Positions 19,598-29,599 of a DNA stretch of 64,000 bases are shown here, piece after piece. The position numbers were made by a program, and so were the translations under genes. A model generated the notes under the pieces. That model ran no database searches, was not told the origin of the DNA, and saw nothing but the letters and a program-made list of their open reading frames with translations. Every line of letters starts with the position of its first letter. Within the stretch, counting starts at the first letter, position 1. The DNA lies in assembly GCA_021414225.1 (NCBI GenBank), contig JAIOOX010000002.1, positions 25,113 through 89,112 on the forward strand. Direction: 5' to 3'. Source of the stretch: Candidatus Vogelbacteria bacterium (GTDB taxonomy: Bacteria; Patescibacteriota; Minisyncoccia; Phycocordibacterales; XYD1-FULL-46-19).

Positions 19598-21901
19598 ATG
19601 GCTAAAGCAAAAAAAGTAATCAAGAAAGCAATCACAACTCCCAAAACAGTCAGTTTTGTACAGAAAATTACTAAACGAGATGGTACGGTGGCAAAATTTG
19701 ATATAAACAAGGTAGCTAGCGCTGTTTTGAAGGCGATGAAGGCTACGGGTGAAGGTGGAGAGAAAGAGGCGCTTAAGGTAGCAAATCAGACTTTAAAAGA
19801 ACTTAAAGAAATCAATAAAACAGCCGGAAAAAATTTCGTTCCTTCTGTAGAACAGATCCAGGATTTGGTAGAAAAGAGTTTGATTATGGAGCAGTTTGCG
19901 GTTACAGCTAAGGCTTATATTCTTTATCGTCAGAGACGAACCGAATTACGTCAAGAGTTGGGTGAGGTGCCTCAACATGTTAAAGATTTGGCTGAAAAGA
20001 GTAAACAATATTTTCGTAATCCGTTAGGAGAGTTTGTTTATTATCGAACCTATTCTCGTTGGATTGAAGAGGAGGGTCGTCGCGAAACTTGGATTGAAAC
20101 AGTTGATCGCTATTTGAGTTTTATGAAAGAGAATATCGGCAATAAGTTGACTGATAAAGAGTATGAAGAGGTGCGAGAGGCGATTCTTAATCATCAAGCT
20201 ATGCCGTCGATGCGTTTACTGCAATTTGCTGGCAAGGCGTCCCGGAATACCAATGTCTGTGCTTACAACTGTTCTTTTATTGCCCCTAAGACTCTAAAAG
20301 ATTTTGCGGAGGTAATGTATATCTCGATGTGTGGTACAGGTGTTGGTTTTTCAGTGGAAAGTAAAAATATTCAACTTTTACCGATTATTAAAGAACAGAC
20401 TGGCAAACATCGACCAACCTTTGTGGTGGCTGACAGTAAAGAAGGGTGGTGTGATGCTTTAGTTTATGGTTTGGAAACTTGGTTTACAGGTGAAGATGTT
20501 GAGTTTGATTTCTCTCTTTTGCGTCCAGCGGGAGCTCGTCTTAAGATAATGGGAGGCAAATCATCTGGTCCAGAACCATTACGCCAGCTACTTAGTTTTT
20601 CTCGAGAGAAGATTTTACGACGTCAGGGTAAACGTTTAACTAACATCGATGCCCACGATATTTTGTGTAAAATAGGTGAGATTGTCGTGTCAGGAGGCGT
20701 TCGCCGCAGTGCTATGATCTCATTGTCTGACCTGGACGATGAGCAAATTCGCCACGCTAAACATGGTCAATTTTATTTAACTGAACCGCAACGCAGTCTG
20801 GCTAACAACTCAGCTGTTTACAACAACAAGCCATCGAACACTGACTTTTTAGAAGAGTGGATTGCTTTAATGAAAAGTGGTTCTGGTGAAAGAGGTATCT
20901 TTAACCGCGGTGGTCTAGCAACTTCGTTACCTAAACGTCGACTAGATACTCTGAAAGGTCAGATTGGAGAGTTGGGAACTAATCCTTGTGGGGAAATTAT
21001 TTTACAATCTAAGCAGTTTTGTAATCTATCAGAAATAGTGGCTCGTCATGAAGACACAGAGGCTTCGCTAATGAAAAAAATGAAGGTAGCGGCTATTTTG
21101 GGAACCTTCCAATCAACCCTTACCAACTTCCCGTATCTGTCTAAAGAATGGAGAGAAAACTGTGAGACAGAAAGACTTTTGGGTGTGTCGGTAACCGGTA
21201 TGTGGGATAGTCATGTGGCACGTGACCCTAAGGTGTTGAGAAAACTAAAAGAAGAGGCAATCAAGGTTAATAAGGTTTACGCGAAAAGATTTGGTGTTAA
21301 TGAATCAACAGCTATCACTTGTGTGAAGCCTTCAGGTACTTTGTCTCAAATGGTAGATTGTGCATCTGGGATGCACCCTCGTCATGCTCAATATTATATC
21401 CGTCGGGTGAGAATTTCCGCGACTGATTCACTCTTTAAAATGTTGCGTGACCAAGGAGTGCCATATCACCCAGAGGTTGGTCAGGCGTTAGATTCTGCAA
21501 CTACATATGTGTTTGAATTTCCAGTTAAGGCGCCTGAAAAATCTCTCTATAAGGATGATATGGGAGCAGTCGAGCAATTAAAATATTGGAAGTTGGTTAA
21601 AGAAAACTATACTGAGCATAATCCGTCAGTAACTGTTTCAGTCAGGGAGGATGAGTGGATCGAAGTGGCTCACTGGGTGTTTTCCAATTGGGAAATAGTC
21701 GGTGGTCTATCTTTCTTGCCTAGTGATAACCATGTGTACCAATTAGCGCCTTACGAAAAGATTGATGAGAAGAGATATAAGGAAATGCTTAAAAACTTTG
21801 GCGACATTGATTACTCTAAGATTATCTCTTACGAAAAACACGATGAGACCGAACAGAAGAAAGAGTTGGCTTGTGCTGGGGGAGTGTGTGAGATTGTTTA
21901 A
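19598..21901 (+). CDS. nrdJ: class II (adenosylcobalamin-dependent) ribonucleotide reductase with N-terminal ATP cone
   Basis: ITKRDG ATP cone, YRTYSR, GGVRRSA, TNPCGE, CVKPSGT, C-terminal CAGGVC; start placed at ATG 19598. Confidence 0.92.
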   Translation: MAKAKKVIKKAITTPKTVSFVQKITKRDGTVAKFDINKVASAVLKAMKATGEGGEKEALKVANQTLKELKEINKTAGKNFVPSVEQIQDLVEKSLIMEQFAVTAKAYILYRQRRTELRQELGEVPQHVKDLAEKSKQYFRNPLGEFVYYRTYSRWIEEEGRRETWIETVDRYLSFMKENIGNKLTDKEYEEVREAILNHQAMPSMRLLQFAGKASRNTNVCAYNCSFIAPKTLKDFAEVMYISMCGTGVGFSVESKNIQLLPIIKEQTGKHRPTFVVADSKEGWCDALVYGLETWFTGEDVEFDFSLLRPAGARLKIMGGKSSGPEPLRQLLSFSREKILRRQGKRLTNIDAHDILCKIGEIVVSGGVRRSAMISLSDLDDEQIRHAKHGQFYLTEPQRSLANNSAVYNNKPSNTDFLEEWIALMKSGSGERGIFNRGGLATSLPKRRLDTLKGQIGELGTNPCGEIILQSKQFCNLSEIVARHEDTEASLMKKMKVAAILGTFQSTLTNFPYLSKEWRENCETERLLGVSVTGMWDSHVARDPKVLRKLKEEAIKVNKVYAKRFGVNESTAITCVKPSGTLSQMVDCASGMHPRHAQYYIRRVRISATDSLFKMLRDQGVPYHPEVGQALDSATTYVFEFPVKAPEKSLYKDDMGAVEQLKYWKLVKENYTEHNPSVTVSVREDEWIEVAHWVFSNWEIVGGLSFLPSDNHVYQLAPYEKIDEKRYKEMLKNFGDIDYSKIISYEKHDETEQKKELACAGGVCEIV

Positions 21902-21910
21902 AAGGCGATC

Positions 21911-22065
21911 GCCTAATTGTTTTTCAAACCACAGAAAACCACCCCAGCGGGTGGTTTTCTTCTGCTTCACGTCGGCTATTTTGCCTTACTGGAGTACCAG
22001 CCTAAAACCATGAGGCAAAAACCGGCTAGCCGACAGTTACGCAGGGGTTTGAAAAACAATTAGGC
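21911..22065. repeat. structured dispersed element, family II, copy 1
   Basis: 127-nt core (21925-22051) matches the reverse complement of 37669-37795 with 4 differences; own outer inverted repeat. Confidence 0.9.
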
Positions 22066-22085
22066 TCACTTAGATCTGGAAATAC

Positions 22086-22114
22086 AAAAAACCCGGCGTA
22101 AAGCCGGGTTTTTT
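22086..22114. terminator. bidirectional terminator between nrdJ and rnpB
   Basis: aaaaaacccggc-gtaaa-gccgggtttttt. Confidence 0.8.
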
Positions 22115-22122
22115 GATGTTTG

Positions 22123-22564
22123 GATTGTTGTCGATAAGCCGAATTCTGTACCGATTTTGCCCACCACAGGGGACGCAAAATCGAGTACTCTGAGTTTATC
22201 GAAGAGTGGCCTTTCGACTAGCTCAAGGTGCTCAATTTTGTAATTACCTGCGGTGAACAAAATTGGCGATAGTTATTTATCTGGGATGAATATTACTATT
22301 CACCTCGAGCGGCACAAACCATTGGTAAACCAATGGAGTACGGCCTTGCACACACGTAAGGATTTAGCCGTTTCAGCCAAGTGTTGCCACCTGACAACTC
22401 CAGTCAGACTGGAGCCCTAGCCTTTCGGCGTTGGCGTTTCTGTTCGCACCTCGATCCTTGCGGACGACGGGTGTTACCCGCTACGCTTCCTGTTTACACA
22501 GGTATGTGTTCGGACTTTCCTCCGAGCACTATAAATAGTGCTCGGCAACTATCTGACAACAATC
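22123..22564 (-). ncRNA. rnpB: RNase P RNA
   Basis: Minus strand: P1 gattgttgtc/gacaacaatc, GAGGAAAGTCCG, GTGCAAG, ACAGAATTCGGCTTA conserved regions. Confidence 0.93.
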
Positions 22565-22707
22565 TTTATTATAGCACATAAACTAATTTAAGGAAAGCTT
22601 TCAAATTGAACCTGTTTATTAGTGGTTGGTTTTTAATGCTTATTTTTAGTATACTACTGATTAGCAACTATATATTTTATTAAGTAAAAATCTTATTAAT
22701 TGAGAGT

Positions 22708-25107
22708 ATGAAAGAACAAATTAAAAATAAAATTGTTTCCCGGCTGGTTTTATCAACTGACTCAATCGCTTTTGTTTGGTTTTTAGTGGGACTAACTTTA
22801 TTGCCTATATTTGTTATTCCTTTTGCAGGGATTCCGGCTTCAGTGGCTAAACAGTTGTTTCTGCCCATGTTGGTTCTGGGGGCTTTTGTTTTTTGGTTGG
22901 TTGGTCGAATTGAGGCTCGAGATTTTAAATTAGCAAAAAGCTCATCGTTAGTTGCGGTGGCTTTGCCGGTCTTGGCGACCTTGGGGGCATCTCTTCTGTC
23001 GGGAAATGTTCACAGCTCTCTTTCAGGTGTTAGTTATGACTTTGGTACGTTCATTTCAATTTTAAGTTTAGCTGGAGTCTTTTTTCTTACTAGTATTTTT
23101 CTAACCACTAAAGAAAAAGCTTTGAATATTTACCTGGCTTTATTGTCAGCTGGTTTATTGGCTGGTTTGTACCAATTAATCCAGTTTGTTTTGGGTACCC
23201 CTGATCGTTTCTGGTGGTTTACTTTCGTTCCAACTCTTATAGGTAAATGGTATGAATCAGCTATCTTTTTTGGTTTTATTACTTTTCTATCTCTAATGTT
23301 GTTGGAATTTTTATCTTTGAAAGAGATTAAGTTGTTTAAGATATTTTTGACCACTAGTTTGGTTTTGTCTTTAATTTTGGTTGGGTTGGTTAACTTCTAT
23401 GCTGTCTGGATTGCTTTAGCAATTTTGTCTTTAGGGGTGTTTGTTTATGCTAATTTATGGTCGGGTAAGAATAATATTAAGAGTGCTGAATCTGACTTGA
23501 GTTCACCGGTAAAGTTGGGCGGTTTAAGTATTTTTAGACCATCTTTCATTGTTTTGTTATTGTCTATTTTGTTTCTAACATTAGCCACTCCAACTGGTTT
23601 ATTGACCGAAAAGATTGCTAAAACTTATACTTTCTTTAAAGTGCCGTTTGTAGAGGTTAGACCAGGTTGGCAAGCTACATTATCAATAGCCAAAGAAGTG
23701 GCTAAAGAAGATGTTATTTTTGGAGTTGGTCCTAATCGCTTCTATACTGCTTGGATTAATCACAAACCAGCTGAAATAAATCTAACTCAATTTTGGAACA
23801 TTGATTTTAATTCAGGGGTGGGCACTTTACCGACCTTGGTGGTTAACTCTGGTCTAATTGGTCTGTTGGCTTGGATTATCTTTTTTGGTGTCTTATTAGT
23901 AGCCAGTGGAAGGTTGTTGGTGGCTAGTTATCGATCGGCTGATAAGTTGGGTCATATTATGGCTATTAGTTCGGTAGTGGGAGCCTTGTATTTCTGGATT
24001 TTCTCTTTTGTTTACGTTACAGAAACTGTGCCCATGGTTCTTGCTTTTGTTTTTTCTGGTTTGGTGGTGGCCCTATCTGTACAAACTGGTCTTACTCAAG
24101 TTTTTGACTTACAGGCTGTAAAAAACAAGAAACACCAGATGGCTGTAGTGGGAGTAATGATTGTTATTCTGGTTATTAGTGTTAGTTGTTTTTATTTAGT
24201 TTTTGTTCGTTCTGTAGGTACTATTTCTTTCTATAGAGCGGTAAGCGAAGCTAATGTGGTTGGTAACATCACTAAAGCGGAGGATCTTTTGGCTCGAGCG
24301 ATAAAATATAACGGCAAATCAGATTTATACTACAGAACTCTATCAAACGTTCAGTTTGTTAGATTAGCTCAATTATTGCGTGACCCTAATCAAGACAAGG
24401 AACAACTTCAGGATCAGTTTAGAATTATTTTACAAACCACAATCGCTAATTCTAATAAAGCGATTGAACTTGACCAGACCAGTTATCTCAACCATGTGTC
24501 TTTAGGACAGATTTATGAGTCACTGGTTCCTTTGAAGGTGGAAGGGGCTTATGAGCAAGCTTTGGCGGAGTATACTAAAGCTAAAAAACTAAACCCTAGT
24601 AATCCTAGTATTTCTTTTAACTTTGCTCGATTAGAGATGACAGGAGGTAATAATACTGGTGCTCGTAATTACTTAAGTCAATCGTTAACTCAAAAACCTA
24701 ATTTTGCCTCAGCTCTTTTAGTCTTGGCTCAGATAGAGGCTCAGGGAGGTGACTTGCCAGCAGCAATAAAAAACACCGAGGAAGCGGCTGTGGCTTACCC
24801 CAATGATCCAAGCGCTTTCTTCCAGTTAGGTTTCTATTTATATCAAAATGGAGATTACGCTAAAGCGGTCCCTGCTTTGAATCGAGTCGTTTTACTTAGT
24901 CCGAATAATGTTAATGCGAACGCTCAATACTTCTTAGGTTTGGCTTATGATCGTCTAGGTGACAAAACTAACGCTCTAAAACAATTTGAACAGATTGCCC
25001 AGTATAATCCGGACAATCAAGAAGTTAAAAACATCATATCTAATTTAAAAGCCGGGCGGAATGCCTTAGAAGCGGCGGTTGTTGAGGTCCCAAAAAAGAA
25101 AAATTAA
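22708..25107 (+). CDS. polytopic membrane protein (O-antigen ligase/oligosaccharyltransferase-like) with C-terminal TPR repeats
   Basis: About 12 TMs, periplasmic FGVGPNRF motif, several TPR units. Confidence 0.7.
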   Translation: MKEQIKNKIVSRLVLSTDSIAFVWFLVGLTLLPIFVIPFAGIPASVAKQLFLPMLVLGAFVFWLVGRIEARDFKLAKSSSLVAVALPVLATLGASLLSGNVHSSLSGVSYDFGTFISILSLAGVFFLTSIFLTTKEKALNIYLALLSAGLLAGLYQLIQFVLGTPDRFWWFTFVPTLIGKWYESAIFFGFITFLSLMLLEFLSLKEIKLFKIFLTTSLVLSLILVGLVNFYAVWIALAILSLGVFVYANLWSGKNNIKSAESDLSSPVKLGGLSIFRPSFIVLLLSILFLTLATPTGLLTEKIAKTYTFFKVPFVEVRPGWQATLSIAKEVAKEDVIFGVGPNRFYTAWINHKPAEINLTQFWNIDFNSGVGTLPTLVVNSGLIGLLAWIIFFGVLLVASGRLLVASYRSADKLGHIMAISSVVGALYFWIFSFVYVTETVPMVLAFVFSGLVVALSVQTGLTQVFDLQAVKNKKHQMAVVGVMIVILVISVSCFYLVFVRSVGTISFYRAVSEANVVGNITKAEDLLARAIKYNGKSDLYYRTLSNVQFVRLAQLLRDPNQDKEQLQDQFRIILQTTIANSNKAIELDQTSYLNHVSLGQIYESLVPLKVEGAYEQALAEYTKAKKLNPSNPSISFNFARLEMTGGNNTGARNYLSQSLTQKPNFASALLVLAQIEAQGGDLPAAIKNTEEAAVAYPNDPSAFFQLGFYLYQNGDYAKAVPALNRVVLLSPNNVNANAQYFLGLAYDRLGDKTNALKQFEQIAQYNPDNQEVKNIISNLKAGRNALEAAVVEVPKKKN

Positions 25108-25130
25108 TTAGATTATAGAGGTGGGTATAT

Positions 25131-26810
25131 ATGGTTCAAAAAATGTTACAACTGTTACATAAAGAGTGGAGCGGTCTACATCAGGCCGCTTTTCTCTTGG
25201 CTGGGGCTTCTCTAATTTCTCAACTCTTAGGTTTAGTTCGTGATCGACTGTTGGCTTCTACGTTTGGAGCGGGGACACAGTTAGACATTTACTACACCGC
25301 TTTTCGAGTGCCAGATTTAATTTATGTGACCATTGCTTCATTTGTGTCGATTACAGTTTTGATTCCATTTGTAGTTAAAGCTAATCATAACCACAATCGA
25401 GAAACGGTTAGGCAATTTTTGAATGGTATTTTTACGGTTTTTACCGTTGTCATGATAGTGACTGTTGCTATCTTGTGGTTACTAATGCCTCATTTGGTTT
25501 TTATTTTGGCGCCGGGATTTGATATGAATTCAGCTAAAGAATTGGTTTTTATTTCCCGGATCTTATTATTGTCACCTTTATTTTTAGGTATTTCAAATTT
25601 GTTGGGTGGAGTAACCCAGTCTTTTCATAAATTCTTTGCTTATACGGTCAGTCCGATTGCTTATAATCTGGGAATCGTAATTGGGATTATTTTTTTTCAA
25701 CCATACCTAGGTTTGTCGGGGATTGCTTGGGGGGTTGTATTGGGAGCCATTTTCCATTTAATAATCCAAATACCAACAATTATTGGGGTGGGGTTATTAC
25801 CTAGGCCCACAGTAATTATCCCGTGGCGAGAAATCAGGTTGATGGTGATGACCTCTTTGCCTAGGACTATTACCTTGGCGACTTACCAACTATCAATGGC
25901 TGCCTTGGTAGCTCTAGGTTCATTACTCATTTCGGGGGCTATTTCTATATTCAATTTAGCTCAAAACCTACAGACGGTACCAATGATGATTATCGGTCTA
26001 AGTTATGCGGTGGCAGCTTTTCCTACTTTAACTAGACATTTTTCGGCGGGTGAGACAGAGGCCTTTAGAAATAAAATGATTATCACTGCTCGTCACATTG
26101 CTTTTTGGTCTATGCCGGCGATTGTTTTTATTATAGTTCTCAGGGCTCATATTGTCCGGGTGGTGCTTGGTGGTGGGGCCTTTGATTGGACTGACACTCG
26201 TCTGACAGCAGCAGCGTTGGCGATCTTTGTTTTATCAGCGGCGGCTCAAGGGTTGGTGCAACTATTTGTTCGAGGTTATTACGCAACTAGTAACACTCTT
26301 AAACCGCTAGTCATCAATATCTTCTGTTCGATTTTAATTGTGGCTGGAGCTTGGGGTTTAGTGGCGGTTTTTAAATTGTGGCCAGTCACCTTGTTATTTA
26401 TTGAGCAAGTTTTCCGAGTGGCTGATGTGCCTGGTTCAATTGTCTTGGCTTTACCATTAGCTTTTTCAATCGGAACAATCATTAATGCTTTATTGTTTAT
26501 TATGGTGTTTGAAAAAGATTTTGGTGGCTTAATTAAACCCCTAACCAGAACTATTTTAGAAGCTACGACAGCCTCGGTTCTTGGAGGGCTGGTGACTTAT
26601 GGATTATTATTTTTTGGCTCACCCATTTTTGAGCTCAAAACTTTAGTAGGGGTTTTTCTACAAGCTTTAATAACAGGGCTGGCGGGGATAGTGATATGGG
26701 TTGTTGTTCTAATAGTTCTTAAAAATGAGGAATTTTTAGATAGTTTAACTGCAGTTAGGGTTAAGTTTATGCCTAAACCAGCTATAGTTACTGAACAAGA
26801 AGAGCTCTAA
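25131..26810 (+). CDS. murJ: lipid II flippase MurJ (MviN)
   Basis: SQLLGLVRDRLLASTFGAG..DIYYTAFRVPD; about 14 TMs. Confidence 0.9.
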   Translation: MVQKMLQLLHKEWSGLHQAAFLLAGASLISQLLGLVRDRLLASTFGAGTQLDIYYTAFRVPDLIYVTIASFVSITVLIPFVVKANHNHNRETVRQFLNGIFTVFTVVMIVTVAILWLLMPHLVFILAPGFDMNSAKELVFISRILLLSPLFLGISNLLGGVTQSFHKFFAYTVSPIAYNLGIVIGIIFFQPYLGLSGIAWGVVLGAIFHLIIQIPTIIGVGLLPRPTVIIPWREIRLMVMTSLPRTITLATYQLSMAALVALGSLLISGAISIFNLAQNLQTVPMMIIGLSYAVAAFPTLTRHFSAGETEAFRNKMIITARHIAFWSMPAIVFIIVLRAHIVRVVLGGGAFDWTDTRLTAAALAIFVLSAAAQGLVQLFVRGYYATSNTLKPLVINIFCSILIVAGAWGLVAVFKLWPVTLLFIEQVFRVADVPGSIVLALPLAFSIGTIINALLFIMVFEKDFGGLIKPLTRTILEATTASVLGGLVTYGLLFFGSPIFELKTLVGVFLQALITGLAGIVIWVVVLIVLKNEEFLDSLTAVRVKFMPKPAIVTEQEEL

Positions 26811-26867
26811 AATATCTAGCCAGAGGTTTGTTTTGATGGTAGTCTAATGCTACTTAGTTAAACATAT

Positions 26868-28667
26868 ATGTCAAAGAAGATTAGAAATTTTAGTATTATT
26901 GCCCACATTGACCACGGTAAGTCGACTCTAGCTGACCGGCTCTTGGAGGTGACAGGGACGATTGAGAAGCGAAAAATGATGGCTCAGGTGCTTGATTCGA
27001 TGGAGCTGGAGCGTGAGAGAGGGATCACGATTAAAATGCAACCAGTGAGAATGAGCTATGGTTACCAGGGGGTGGATTATGAGCTTAACCTGATCGATAC
27101 ACCTGGCCATATCGACTTTTCCTATGAAGTGTCACGGGCCCTTCAAGCGGTAGAAGGGGTGTTACTTCTCGTAGATGCCACTCAGGGTGTTCAAGCGCAG
27201 ACTTTATCAGTACTTGATATGGCCCGGGCCCTGAATTTGGTTATTATTCCGGTTTTAAATAAGATTGATTTACCAAGTGCTCGGACGGTTGAAATTACTG
27301 AAGAAATGATGAAGTTGTTGGATTGTCGAGCGGAGGATGTGATTGCTGTCTCTGGTAAGACTGGTCAAGGGGTTGATGTGTTGCTTAAAGAAATCATTGA
27401 TCGTATTCCACCAGCAGGTGTAAGTGGTTCGACAGCTGTTGGTTCTAGGGGGTTGGTATTTGATTTTGAATACTCGACCCACCGTGGAGTGATTGTTTAC
27501 ATTAGAGTATTAGATGGTTCAATCAAAAAGGGTGATGAATTAAAATTCGTGGCTTCAGGTGAAAAATTTACAGTTTTGGAGGTAGGGGCTTTGGCACCAA
27601 GTAAAACACCGGTGGATTGTCTCGAGTCAGGAGAGATTGGGTATGTGGTCACAGGGATAAAAGAATCTGGTAATGCTAAAGTGGGCGATACCTTAACATC
27701 AGCTAGTCACCCATTACCGGCGGTGGCTGGTTATCAAACTGCCCGGCCGGTGGTGTGGGCTTCAGTTTATCCAGAAAGCCAGGATGACTTTACTAGTTTA
27801 CGTCAGGCTTTAGAGCGCCTGCGTTTGTCTGATTCATCCCTTTCTTTTGAAGAAGAATCTTCCGGTGCCTTAGGCCGTGGTTTTCGTTGTGGTTTCTTAG
27901 GTATGCTTCACTTGGAAATTATAACTGAACGTCTGAAACGGGAATTTGATTTGTCTTTGGTAATAGCTACCCCAACTATTAGTTATGAGGTTACAAATAA
28001 GAGAACAGGAGTAATTGAAAATATTTATTCACCTCATCTATTCCCAGAAGATTTAAAAGAGATTGAGGTCAATGAAACTTGGATTAAGGTTAAAATCATT
28101 ACGCCGATAATTTACTTAAACACTTTGATGCAGTTACTATATGATCATGAAGCGGAAGTGGTGCATATGGAAAATTTTGGTGACAATCGGACGGTTTTAG
28201 AAATTGAGATGCCCTTGAGAGAGTTGATGCGTAATTTTTTTGATGAGGTTAAAAGCGCTTCCTCTGGTTTTGCTAGTTTTTCATATCAGATGTTAGATAA
28301 AAGAAAAGCTGATGTTGTTCGCCTTGATATTTTGGTGGCTGAAGAACCAATGGCGGCTTTTTCTCGAGTGGTCTCGACTAGACGGGTGCAAAAAGAAGCT
28401 GATGAGGCAGTTGAAAAATTAAAAAAACTTCTACCTAGTCAGTTGATTATTGTAAAAATTCAAGGTAAGGCCATGGGCCGAATATTGGCCTCTCGAACTA
28501 TCTCTGCTATGCGTAAAGATGTGACTGACTATCTCTATGGGGGTGATATTACTCGTAAAATGAAACTACGGGAAAAACAGAAAAAAGGTAAAAAGAAGAT
28601 GCAAAAATTAGGGAAAGTTAATATTCCCCAAGATGTTTTCTTAAAAATGATGAAATCATCAGAGTAG
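26868..28667 (+). CDS. lepA: elongation factor 4
   Basis: IRNFSIIAHIDHGKSTLADR, GFRCGFLGMLHLEI, YGGDITRKMKL. Confidence 0.97.
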   Translation: MSKKIRNFSIIAHIDHGKSTLADRLLEVTGTIEKRKMMAQVLDSMELERERGITIKMQPVRMSYGYQGVDYELNLIDTPGHIDFSYEVSRALQAVEGVLLLVDATQGVQAQTLSVLDMARALNLVIIPVLNKIDLPSARTVEITEEMMKLLDCRAEDVIAVSGKTGQGVDVLLKEIIDRIPPAGVSGSTAVGSRGLVFDFEYSTHRGVIVYIRVLDGSIKKGDELKFVASGEKFTVLEVGALAPSKTPVDCLESGEIGYVVTGIKESGNAKVGDTLTSASHPLPAVAGYQTARPVVWASVYPESQDDFTSLRQALERLRLSDSSLSFEEESSGALGRGFRCGFLGMLHLEIITERLKREFDLSLVIATPTISYEVTNKRTGVIENIYSPHLFPEDLKEIEVNETWIKVKIITPIIYLNTLMQLLYDHEAEVVHMENFGDNRTVLEIEMPLRELMRNFFDEVKSASSGFASFSYQMLDKRKADVVRLDILVAEEPMAAFSRVVSTRRVQKEADEAVEKLKKLLPSQLIIVKIQGKAMGRILASRTISAMRKDVTDYLYGGDITRKMKLREKQKKGKKKMQKLGKVNIPQDVFLKMMKSSE

Positions 28668-28769
28668 GAATGAGAAGCCGTAAAGCAACAACATACCGGC
28701 TATGATTACAATAGCAAATATTTTGGAGGCTATATCTAGAGCTTTTCGGTGTTTGCGTTCTATAAGCAT
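28659..28769 (-). CDS. 36-aa single-pass membrane microprotein
   Basis: MLIERKHRKALDIASKIFAIVIIAGMLLLYGFSFLL*, basic N-terminus plus one TM; fills the lepA-ftsB-like gap; below ORF-track cutoff. Confidence 0.6.
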   Translation of the reverse strand: MLIERKHRKALDIASKIFAIVIIAGMLLLYGFSFLL

Positions 28770-28790
28770 TATGCGTTAGTATAAAACAAT

Positions 28791-29165
28791 ATGAGAGATT
28801 TTCAAGTGAAAAGAAAAACCAATCGGTGGCCTTATTGGCTAGGTATGGTTTTTCTATTTATTTTGTTGGTGGCTATGGGTAAGGGAGTTTGGGGGTTGGT
28901 TCAAAAAAATCAGATGGCCCGAGATAATTATAACGAAGCTGAAAATAGGTTGGTGGAATTGGAAAAAGAGAAGAAACAGTTAATGGCTAATGTGGCCATC
29001 TTGAAGACCGAGCGGGGGATTGAAACAGAAATAAGAAAAAATTTTTCGGTAGCAAAAGAAGGGGAAAGGGTGATTACTATTGTTGATAATAATCAGACAG
29101 CAGCTACTACGACCGGTGATGATAATAATTCTGCTTGGTCTTGGTTTATTAATATTTTTAAATAA
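28791..29165 (+). CDS. septum formation initiator (FtsB/DivIC-like)
   Basis: TM, coiled coil, IETEIRKNFSVAKEGERVI. Confidence 0.8.
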   Translation: MRDFQVKRKTNRWPYWLGMVFLFILLVAMGKGVWGLVQKNQMARDNYNEAENRLVELEKEKKQLMANVAILKTERGIETEIRKNFSVAKEGERVITIVDNNQTAATTTGDDNNSAWSWFINIFK

Positions 29166-29167
29166 TT

Positions 29168-29238
29168 GCGGGTATGGTCTAGTGGTATGATGCGACCTTC
29201 CCAAGGTTGAGACGGGGTTTCGATTACCCCTACCCGCA
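29168..29238 (+). tRNA. tRNA-Gly(CCC)
   Basis: gcgggta acceptor, cgacc-ttCCCaa-ggttg anticodon arm. Confidence 0.92.
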
Positions 29239-29252
29239 CACTTCGACAAGCT
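29236..29252. repeat. REP-like motif gcacacttcgacaagct at the tRNA-Gly 3' end
   Basis: Identical 17-mer at 30333-30349. Confidence 0.7.
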
Positions 29253-29266
29253 TAATTATAAAAAAC

Positions 29267-29560
29267 ATGTCACTCAATTTTATTCGCCATAAAGAAGACT
29301 TTACCTGCGGGCATTGTGGGCGAGTTATTATCGGTGATGGGTATACTAACCACTGTTCAGCTTGCTTGTGGAGTAAACATGTCGATATTAACCCTGGTGA
29401 CCGCGCTGAGGCCTGTCAGGGCCTTATGGAGCCGATTGGGGTTGAGGTGGCTGGTGGTAAATATGACATTATTCATAAATGTTTAGATTGTAAGGAGATT
29501 AGGAAAACCAAGGCTCGCCCAGAGGATGATATTGGAGCATTTTTGACAGATTTGATATAA
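29267..29560 (+). CDS. RNHCP domain (Cys-rich) protein
   Basis: FTCGHCG, YTNHCSACLWSKHVD..PGDR..C.GLMEP, HKCLDC. Confidence 0.88.
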   Translation: MSLNFIRHKEDFTCGHCGRVIIGDGYTNHCSACLWSKHVDINPGDRAEACQGLMEPIGVEVAGGKYDIIHKCLDCKEIRKTKARPEDDIGAFLTDLI

Positions 29561-29599
29561 TAAGGAGACGTCGTTTTACCAAGAAAATTATCTATATTT

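Noticed and set aside
22066-22581. ORFs 22066-22260 and 22381-22581
   Set aside because: They overlap the RNase P RNA gene and have no protein features.
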